Virus record (IMG/VR): IMGVR_UViG_3300025572_000006 | Location: 1 to 37,640 of that record | Length of the DNA stretch: 37,640 bases | Direction: 5' to 3' (one strand) | DNA from: a virus | Part shown: one piece after another, positions 31,138 to 37,640 of the stretch | How positions within the stretch are numbered: the first letter of the stretch is position 1 | Layout of the letters: each line of letters opens with the position of its first letter | The notes under the pieces: generated by a model | Told to the model about the DNA's origin: nothing | Seen by the model: the letters and a program-made list of their open reading frames with translations, nothing else | Databases searched by the model: none | Translations under genes and position numbers: made by a program

Positions 31138-31305
31138 GATGCCACCTCCATGCCTTGATCTAAAATTCGATAAACATTAAAGCTCAAAGGCGATCAATAT
31201 TTGACGTAATCACTTTGCATCCGTTTGCTTTCGCGGTTGCATGTAGATGTCTTAAAAGATCAGGCAAAACTGATGTTCCGCGTGCGCCTTGGATCATTGA
31301 GCACC

Positions 31306-32454
31306 TCAAAGCTCGAAAGCAACCAGTCTTAAAAAGGAAACCCTTGCGATACCTTCGTTTGGTGCAGAACCATTGTAATGCGCCTGAATTTTATATGTAA
31401 CGGGTCCGATTCCGGGGGAGGTATCTATATACCAAACCACGCTGCACGGCAGGGTAAGCGAAATTACGTCGTTTGTTTCATTCCCAAAACCTATTCGTGA
31501 CCCAAATATATATTCGTGTAATGGCGAATTATTCTTAAGAAGCAAAATGCGACCGCCTGCACTCACGCTAGACTTATTTAAACCTCTCTCGAAAGCTATT
31601 CTGCTAGCTGTGTCTCCGACAAAACCAATGAAAATTGGTCGTCCTGTTGCATTAATAGTTACCTGCAAATTTGGAACATCGACGTACGTGTTTGATTGTG
31701 TTGAAAAAGAAGAAGACGAACTGCTTACAACTTGTCCAAGCGGAGCACGTTTATCGTTCGTTACTGACCCCGCAGAAAGGTGACGCGTTACAATCGCGGC
31801 ATCCGCGATCTTGGGTTCAGTTACAGCTTCATCTTGAATCTTGCTCGTTCCAACTGAGTTATCGGCAAGTTTCGCATTCGTAACTGCTCTGTCTTGAAGT
31901 TTCGGCGTTGAAACGCTTCCGTCAGAAAGGCCAGAAGACGCAATCGCTCGTGTCGCACCGATACGAACTTCGCCAGTACCAGCAGGCGGCGGCGAGTTAA
32001 AAATTATTTTCGTTCCGTTAACTGTATATTCGCTCGTAAGGAATGTAATTCGATCGCCGCCAGAAGTTACAAGCACAACCGTGCAGTTCTGCGGAAGCTC
32101 AGGATCAATACCGAGATCGAATTCCGTCTTAACGCCGTCCGTTTCAATCGGGACAACCGTTTGAATACCGACTGCGGTAGAACTTGCTCCCGAAACATGA
32201 TCGCGAGTTTCGATCACATTATCATCGGCATCGCAAATCACAAACTTCACCGGTTGAATGCCGACATAGATGCTTGCTCGGCCCGCCGAATCTAGAATGA
32301 TCGGATTCTCGTTCGGTGTAAAACTCGCATCCTTATAGGTCGTAATCGGCGTCGTGGTCCCAGCTTTGTACGTATAGACCTTTCCGCCAGCAAGCGGCTT
32401 TCCGTTGTTATCAAAAAACTGCGGTAAGAAATACGGAACAACCTCAGCGGCCAT
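31306..32454 (-). CDS. Tail fibre protein (382 aa) with decapeptide repeats
   Basis: N-terminus 'PQFFDNNGKPLAGGKVYTYKAGTTTPITTYKD' is the fibre adaptor domain. Six 10-aa repeats 'DxxV[ST]xxK[LI]x' at aa 178-236. Confidence 0.75.
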   Translation of the reverse strand: MAAEVVPYFLPQFFDNNGKPLAGGKVYTYKAGTTTPITTYKDASFTPNENPIILDSAGRASIYVGIQPVKFVICDADDNVIETRDHVSGASSTAVGIQTVVPIETDGVKTEFDLGIDPELPQNCTVVLVTSGGDRITFLTSEYTVNGTKIIFNSPPPAGTGEVRIGATRAIASSGLSDGSVSTPKLQDRAVTNAKLADNSVGTSKIQDEAVTEPKIADAAIVTRHLSAGSVTNDKRAPLGQVVSSSSSSFSTQSNTYVDVPNLQVTINATGRPIFIGFVGDTASRIAFERGLNKSSVSAGGRILLLKNNSPLHEYIFGSRIGFGNETNDVISLTLPCSVVWYIDTSPGIGPVTYKIQAHYNGSAPNEGIARVSFLRLVAFEL

Positions 32455-32815
32455 GTGTTACGACCTCCAAAACACCAGCGGCTGGCGCAGTTCTGAATTC
32501 GATAATATTCATTCGCCCTCTATCGCCAAACTCTCGTTTGAGCCAATAGTTGGGAACCCATTCAGAATTATCCGCATCCCAGGAAAAATGCGGGATTCCA
32601 ACTCCGTTAACCGATGGAAACACATAGTTGATGTTTAGCGGCTCAACGGATAGCTGAAATTCTTTGTCGCTTGCATTTAAGTCGATTAGGAATTTATCCA
32701 CGATGATTTCCTGACGGTTTACAAGGTCGCGAAAGAAAAATTCCCATGCGCGACTAAAGAAACCGCTTTCAAGAACCGGCGTCTTAAATGGCGGCGAAAG
32801 TTTAACACTTGCCAT
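32444..32815 (-). CDS. Hypothetical virion-module protein (123 aa)
   Basis: ORF coupled between the hub-like and fibre genes. No motif recognised. Confidence 0.5.
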   Translation of the reverse strand: MASVKLSPPFKTPVLESGFFSRAWEFFFRDLVNRQEIIVDKFLIDLNASDKEFQLSVEPLNINYVFPSVNGVGIPHFSWDADNSEWVPNYWLKREFGDRGRMNIIEFRTAPAAGVLEVVTHGR

Positions 32816-34368
32816 TAGCTACCCCCAGCCTCGACATCAATTTCGGCACCAATGAGCGTGATTTTCACGCGATCAGTAATGCGAAGACGATATACGCGAT
32901 CACGCGACATACCTAGACGATTCCATTTAAGGCGCATCCGACGTTGACCGATTTTTCCGATGCTTGCCCAGTGTTCGTTTCCAAAGCTGTGGCCTCCATC
33001 ATCCGACCAATCGAGAATTGCCTTTGGATCAGTTCCCAAGCCTTCGCCGTCTAGACCAACGCCGGTTTCCATATCGACTTGCAAAGACTTATGACGGACT
33101 CGCTTTAATCCAGCTGTCACATGAGGAAGCGTCCGAATGCGGACAATTTCTTCATCGTCATCGGTATAGAAATTCATCGACATTTGATACAGATCACCAG
33201 TCTCGTGATCGCCGATCAAATGGATGCCGCCTTTAATGTGCGGCGAAAAGGCATAAACATTTCCATGATGGCGTTTTAGCTCACCATTTACGAGTCGGGC
33301 GCGCTCATGCCAGAAGCCAGTTGTCACGTCATACACCCACGTGCCTTCATCGAAGTTTAGGACATAGAAGAAATGTCCTTCTTCTTGGTAGGCATAGGCC
33401 ACAGCGTTTTCCGGATTCGCATAAGAGTTAATCGCAAATTCAACGGCGTGAGTACTAACCCGCACCGGCTGGAAACCTTGAGCGCGGTAGACGATGCCGC
33501 GACCTTCTTTGTTTCGTCCGAGCCACATTGGCGCGCCAGCAACGGAAACGGCACTATATCGGGCAAACAAACCGACTTCCAGGAATCCGCCTGCTGCGCG
33601 AATGAAAGGAGCATTTGCGTCGCCGCTAGACTGCCAGACTTCTGTTGTGCGCTCGCCAAAAAGCCAAAGGTCGCGATAATTCGCAAGTACCGCAAGAAGA
33701 TTGTCTGGATCTCCTTCTGCCGTGAAAAATGAAAGCGGGTCAACGTGCGGTGACTCAAGATCAGAAACGTAAAACCTGCCAGTATTGAGTTTGTTATATA
33801 TACGGTATCCGTCGATTAGTTCTACGTGCGTCGGTCCATACGCATTCTCGAACGGTTCGATACGAAATGCGCCACCATATCCGAAGGCGCTAAAAGGGCC
33901 AAAACTTTCTTGTGGCTGGCCATCAAGGTTCAGCCAACGCCAATAAAGGAATTCTTCATCGCCAGCAACAAATACGACCATTTCTTCGGTAAATGGGTTT
34001 CCGTCGCCGTCGAAATGTTGATTGCCACTGGCTGATGACGCCTTAACGATAGGCGTATTGATGTTTATCGGAGTCGCAAACGCCGACGATGACCAAGTAT
34101 CAGTGAGCGGATCATGTTCGACTTTGTAGAGAGTGTTGCCGCTTACAACAAGAATAATGCCCGATTGCGTGACATGAATGCATCTGATCGGACCTGTACC
34201 AACTGAAATAAGTTTTCTCGTTCCAGGTGTACCGACAAGATAGTAAGGCTCGCCTTCTTTCCCTGTTCCCATTTCGTTTTGAACAGGATAAAGATTCACC
34301 GAACGTTGGCAATCGACGTTGCGAGACGACAGCGTATAGCTTGGTCCGATGAATCCCCTAAAGCGCAT
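32815..34368 (-). CDS. Tail hub / nozzle-like protein (P22 gp10-equivalent position, 517 aa)
   Basis: N-terminus 'FIGPSYTLSSRNVDCQRSVNLYPV...YYLVGTPG' resembles phage stabilisation/hub proteins. Synteny after the coat and adaptor genes. Confidence 0.5.
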   Translation of the reverse strand: MRFRGFIGPSYTLSSRNVDCQRSVNLYPVQNEMGTGKEGEPYYLVGTPGTRKLISVGTGPIRCIHVTQSGIILVVSGNTLYKVEHDPLTDTWSSSAFATPININTPIVKASSASGNQHFDGDGNPFTEEMVVFVAGDEEFLYWRWLNLDGQPQESFGPFSAFGYGGAFRIEPFENAYGPTHVELIDGYRIYNKLNTGRFYVSDLESPHVDPLSFFTAEGDPDNLLAVLANYRDLWLFGERTTEVWQSSGDANAPFIRAAGGFLEVGLFARYSAVSVAGAPMWLGRNKEGRGIVYRAQGFQPVRVSTHAVEFAINSYANPENAVAYAYQEEGHFFYVLNFDEGTWVYDVTTGFWHERARLVNGELKRHHGNVYAFSPHIKGGIHLIGDHETGDLYQMSMNFYTDDDEEIVRIRTLPHVTAGLKRVRHKSLQVDMETGVGLDGEGLGTDPKAILDWSDDGGHSFGNEHWASIGKIGQRRMRLKWNRLGMSRDRVYRLRITDRVKITLIGAEIDVEAGGS

Positions 34369-34371
34369 TTG

Positions 34372-35100
34372 TCAGCCTCCTCCTTTAAGGAAATCAGAAA
34401 GAAGCCAACCGCTTCGTTGTCTCGAGCCGATGAATTCCGGCGCGACCTTCGCAAATGGAATGTTGTTTACAAGATTCTGGGCCTTGATTTCGCGAAGTCT
34501 ATCTTCGGCAAGTGAGGCAATTGTCGCAGGAAGTGCTACGCCGAATTCGTCTGCCAATACCACAGCGAGATTGTAGATGATCGCATCCATGTATCCGGGC
34601 GGAAGATCAAGTTCATCATTTATGCTTGTGGGATTAAAAAGAGGCTTATTCGAGTAAATGATGATCTCTTTTGCCTCGGTCGGAACCGGATAAAAGAATA
34701 GCTTCGCAAGCGGCCACGAGGTTTCAAAATAAAACTCAGTCGGAAATGTCGAACGAGTTGTTTTGATAGAAAGCGTCCGCCATTGATCGAATTGCAATTT
34801 TCCAAGCGTAAGCTCAAGGTCGCCTGATTCGACAACTGAAATGCCAAGAATGTCCATTGGCCGTGAAGTGTCGAAGTCGCCTTCTGGACCAATCGAGTAT
34901 TCTTGTTTTTCAGGCGTTAATTGAAACCGTTCTGTAGTTTCGGACCACGGGATAAGGTCGTTATTCGACCACGAGTCCAGCATGTTTTGAAGTGCTGTAA
35001 GACCATCGGTAATTTCGTGCGCTGCAGGCGTTTCGCCGGCCGCAATCACGCCGAGTTTCTTTAAAGAAGCCGTGACAATATCCCTTACGGTCCGTTTCAT
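34372..35100 (-). CDS. Head-to-tail adaptor-like protein (242 aa)
   Basis: 'IVTASLKKLGVIAAGETPAAHEITDGLTALQNMLDSW' is a pattern seen in podovirus adaptor/tubular-A-type proteins. Position matches P22 gp4. Confidence 0.45.
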   Translation of the reverse strand: MKRTVRDIVTASLKKLGVIAAGETPAAHEITDGLTALQNMLDSWSNNDLIPWSETTERFQLTPEKQEYSIGPEGDFDTSRPMDILGISVVESGDLELTLGKLQFDQWRTLSIKTTRSTFPTEFYFETSWPLAKLFFYPVPTEAKEIIIYSNKPLFNPTSINDELDLPPGYMDAIIYNLAVVLADEFGVALPATIASLAEDRLREIKAQNLVNNIPFAKVAPEFIGSRQRSGWLLSDFLKGGG

Positions 35101-35106
35101 TTAGAC

Positions 35107-35487
35107 TTAACCCTTTTTGTTTAGCATGGCGTAAAGTGACCGGATGTGTTCATCCGACCTTTTATTAAGATGCGTTTCTTTAAAGCCGTTCGCTTTAAGT
35201 ACTGCTTTCATTTCTTCAATCGTTGGATGAGCGATTTCGGTCGTTTCGTTATCATTGGTCGCGCCGGCCTGTTTATTCACAGGCGCTTCTTTCGCTTTCT
35301 TCTCAGCTTTCGACTCCCACTCGGCCATGTGCTCACGATACGTTTTCGGTGCATTCCACTCGGCCGGGCTTTCTTTAAATTCGCCTTTCAAAGACTTGTG
35401 GTGCGCTTCTGATTCAACAAGAACAGGTGCACCTTCACGCGGATAAACCCATTTCGGATATTCTTGAAGAACGTATTTTTTTGGCAT
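35107..35487 (-). CDS. Hypothetical head-module protein with a C-terminal HeH/SAP-like motif (126 aa)
   Basis: The start is moved to ATG 35487 (AAAGGGG upstream) to remove the overlap with the coat gene. C-terminus is 'PTIEEMKAVLKANGFKETHLNKRSDEHIRSLYAML'. Confidence 0.5.
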   Translation of the reverse strand: MPKKYVLQEYPKWVYPREGAPVLVESEAHHKSLKGEFKESPAEWNAPKTYREHMAEWESKAEKKAKEAPVNKQAGATNDNETTEIAHPTIEEMKAVLKANGFKETHLNKRSDEHIRSLYAMLNKKG

Positions 35488-35551
35488 TGCGAACCCCTTT
35501 GAAAGCTGGCCGCAAGCCCAAATTGAGCGAGCGGCCCTTTTGTCTTTTTGA

Positions 35552-36766
35552 TTAGATGTGGACGCGGCAAGCGAATTCAGGCCGCACGACGGCTTTTCCG
35601 TAAAGCACGTCAATACGCGACTTGAACGTCCGGTCTTCGATGTCGAATCCGCGAACGAACGAAATCGACATGCCGATTTCAGGAACCGAGATCGTCGAAG
35701 CCATATCGACGCCCTTCGGTTGCGGAAGTTCTACAAAGACAAGCTTAAAGGCGTCACGGTGGAATGCAACATTAAGCGGCGTTTCTTTGTTAGCCGTAGT
35801 CGCTCCGCCCAAGATGTTGATTTGTGCGTTATCGGCAGGTGCTGCGGTAACGGTTGCACGTGCGCCAGTTGCGATGATTTCCGGCCAGATTTTGATTGTC
35901 GCCTCGCCCGATGCGTCAGCGTCAACGTCTTCGGTAACAACGAACTGCTGCAGTTGTCCCGTCGAACGTTGATTCGCAGGGTTAACAGCGTAAACGCCTT
36001 CAAACGTAATCACGTCGCCTTTTCTGAGGACTTTTGCCGTGCTCGCCGTCCAACCGTCGGTTTCGATTTCGTTACCGGTTTGGCCTGCACCCTTAACAAG
36101 CGGAGTGCCAGCGAATGCGCCGACAACGTGGCGGTTCACGTTTTGCGACATGTACCAGTCGAAGCCCAAAGCCGTACCCATCGAGCCCTTGCGATATTGC
36201 TCGCCGATTTCGCGGCTCGAATGGAAAAGCGCTTTAAGCTGATCGACCGCCTCAACTTCCGTGCGAGGATCGACAACAAGAATTCGCGTCGGATCCGTCG
36301 GCGTTGAATTTTCATCAAGTGTCGCTTTCGCTTGAAGGATTGTTTTCGCACTAAGTGTTCCAGAGCCAGGTGCGCCGACCGCGCTTGCGATTTGCGAGAC
36401 AAGGCTCAAACAGTCGTAGTCGATTTCATGAGCAAGCCGCGAAACAGCGGGCTTTAAATATATATCGCTAAACGACTGAAGGTCGAGCGCAAGCTCTTTC
36501 GAGTCAAATTCGACATCAACGCCTTTCATCGTGTCGATTTTGACGTATGTTTGTTCTTCGACAACGTCTTGTGCCGAGAACGACTTGCCGGTCCGAACGG
36601 TGTACTTCGGCGGCTTACGAACACGAACGGTATCGCCAATCTTGCGATCAGTTCCCCATTCTTTGTTCAGTTCACGCCCCATTTTCTTCGTGAAAACGAG
36701 GTTGTTCACAAGGATGCGAAGCGCTTCCTTTGTGATCATGTCAGCGGTCAAAAGCGTATTTGCCAT
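35552..36766 (-). CDS. Major capsid protein (P22 coat-like)
   Basis: 404 aa after the scaffold. 'LTADMITKEALRILVNNLVFTKKMGRELNKEWG..KIGDTVRVRKPPKY' matches the P22-coat-family N-terminus. Confidence 0.8.
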   Translation of the reverse strand: MANTLLTADMITKEALRILVNNLVFTKKMGRELNKEWGTDRKIGDTVRVRKPPKYTVRTGKSFSAQDVVEEQTYVKIDTMKGVDVEFDSKELALDLQSFSDIYLKPAVSRLAHEIDYDCLSLVSQIASAVGAPGSGTLSAKTILQAKATLDENSTPTDPTRILVVDPRTEVEAVDQLKALFHSSREIGEQYRKGSMGTALGFDWYMSQNVNRHVVGAFAGTPLVKGAGQTGNEIETDGWTASTAKVLRKGDVITFEGVYAVNPANQRSTGQLQQFVVTEDVDADASGEATIKIWPEIIATGARATVTAAPADNAQINILGGATTANKETPLNVAFHRDAFKLVFVELPQPKGVDMASTISVPEIGMSISFVRGFDIEDRTFKSRIDVLYGKAVVRPEFACRVHI

Positions 36767-36826
36767 TCTTCAAACTCCTTCTTTTGCTCTAAGGCGCGAA
36801 GGAGCTATTTCAGCTCGCATCGAACC

Positions 36827-37640
36827 TTAGAGGAAATCTCCCCAGCGTTTTCGTTCTTGTTCGTTGCGAAGCGTGAAGAATTCCAAAGTAGACAAATTCG
36901 GATCGTCGATTGACTTTCGCCCGTCGGATTTTTGTCCAACGGGATTCGGCGGCGGCGGCGCTTTCGTAGGTTTCGCTGCGGCTAACTTCTTAGCCTCAAG
37001 TCGTGCTTCGATCTTCGCCTCAAGCTTTCCAATCTCTTTAAGTTGCAAATGAGGCGGAAGTTCAGCGATCTCTTCGGCTAGGTCGGGGTTTTTCCCGAGT
37101 TCGTAAAGAATCTCAGGACCGAGCGCTGAATGCACAATTGCTTGCTCAACCGAAGCGTCAACATGAATGCCTTCGAGATTCGACACTACGTCCATGTAGT
37201 CGGAGTGCGTTTTTGCAAACTCTTTTTGTCGTTTCTCAAAAGTTTTAAAGACTTTTTGCGCTTCGGTTTCTGCTTTCTCGCCCGAAAGTTTTCTGATCTC
37301 CTCAAGCAAAGGCTGCGTAGCTTCCCTTACAGCTTTATTGCTGTAGTAAGAGATCCGCGCCGCTTCGTAATCTTCCCATGATTCAAAATCATCGGGGTGC
37401 GGCGGCAAGTCGTCTTTTCCGCCTTTACCTGGACTTACGTCTTTTGCTTGAGTCGATTTTCCTTCGATTTGCGATTTCAAAATTTGTTCGCGAAGAAACA
37501 TTAGCTCTTGCTCAAGAGCCTTATTCTTACGAACAAGCTTTTGAATGCGTTTTGTTACCCCTTTTCCTTTTGCCGCTTTCTTTTCGCCATCGTCTTCGTC
37601 TTGTGCCTCATCGTCCGTTGATTCGGCATCATCAGAAGAC
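36827..37640 (-). CDS. Scaffolding protein, C-terminal part (5' end continues at 339->1; 37514-37640 duplicates 1-127)
   Basis: Helical, charged and Pro-rich near the C-terminus. In frame with the 1..339 segment across the circular junction. Lies between portal and coat. Confidence 0.7.
   Translation of the reverse strand, partial: SSDDAESTDDEAQDEDDGEKKAAKGKGVTKRIQKLVRKNKALEQELMFLREQILKSQIEGKSTQAKDVSPGKGGKDDLPPHPDDFESWEDYEAARISYYSNKAVREATQPLLEEIRKLSGEKAETEAQKVFKTFEKRQKEFAKTHSDYMDVVSNLEGIHVDASVEQAIVHSALGPEILYELGKNPDLAEEIAELPPHLQLKEIGKLEAKIEARLEAKKLAAAKPTKAPPPPNPVGQKSDGRKSIDDPNLSTLEFFTLRNEQERKRWGDFL
37514..37640. repeat. Terminal direct repeat, identical to 1..127
   Basis: Exact 127-nt identity with the start of the window. 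Confidence 0.95.

Larger units (their letters stand above)
1..37640. mobile_element. Complete temperate tailed-phage genome (circularly closed contig, unit length 37,513 bp)
   Basis: Full set of terminase, portal, scaffold, coat, tail, lysis, integrase/excisionase, repressor, recombination and replication genes. The ends overlap by 127 identical bases. Confidence 0.85.

Noticed and set aside
23223-32454. Diversity-generating retroelement targeting the fibre genes
   Set aside because: No reverse-transcriptase ORF exists anywhere in the genome. I saw no template/variable repeat pair near the fibre 3' ends.
35558-36307. 249-aa plus-strand ORF (and other long plus-strand ORFs such as 566..1270, 18339..18911, 23016..23669)
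   Set aside because: These are antisense to well-supported capsid, portal, recT and fibre genes. They are Arg/Cys/Phe-rich with no SD, which is typical of shadow ORFs.
1-37640. tRNA, rRNA, CRISPR array, transposase/IS elements
   Set aside because: No cloverleaf-like sequence, no regularly spaced direct repeats and no transposase-like ORF was noticed. The only long exact repeat is the 127-nt assembly overlap.

Overview
The window is one complete genome of a temperate tailed dsDNA phage. Bases 1-127 are identical to 37514-37640, so the contig is a closed circle with a unit length of 37,513 bp. One gene, the scaffold, runs across the artificial ends.

Almost all genes lie on the minus strand, in two large blocks.

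(i) Late/morphogenesis block, 5685 -> 1 / 37513 -> 21062. It contains, in order: ParB-domain DNA methylase, terS, terL, a P22-type portal, scaffold, a P22-type coat, adaptor- and hub-like proteins, a fibre, three Gln/Ala-rich internal (ejection-like) proteins, two more fibre genes and a lysis cassette (membrane proteins, lipoprotein, Amidase_3 endolysin).

(ii) Early block, 19657 -> 6269. It contains: a Cro-like gene, a Gp157-like gene, RecT, small genes, xis-int behind a strong terminator, replication genes, an SPPY methylase carrying a LAGLIDADG-like insertion, RusA, a C5-cytosine methylase, many translationally coupled micro-ORFs, and a separately promoted and terminated accessory cassette (7644 -> 6014).

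Only three plus-strand genes look real: a CI-like repressor, a Cys-rich lipoprotein moron and a small RHH-like regulator.

The most unusual observations are:
- The C5-methylase locus, where two ORFs of about 310-350 codons in different frames of the same strand both carry methylase-family motifs.
- An I-CreI-sized LAGLIDADG module inserted in-frame in a methylase, with no intein signatures.
- A 19-20 bp palindrome repeated upstream of three late-gene starts, next to a divergent RHH gene.
- A fibre protein with a Sec-type signal peptide.
- An S74 chaperone domain on a non-fibrous Gln/Gly/Ala-rich protein.
- A promoter-to-terminator cassette encoding a very acidic 197-aa protein plus an HTH protein.

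No tRNA, rRNA, CRISPR array or reverse transcriptase was seen. All product names come from motif recognition and synteny by eye; no database search was possible.
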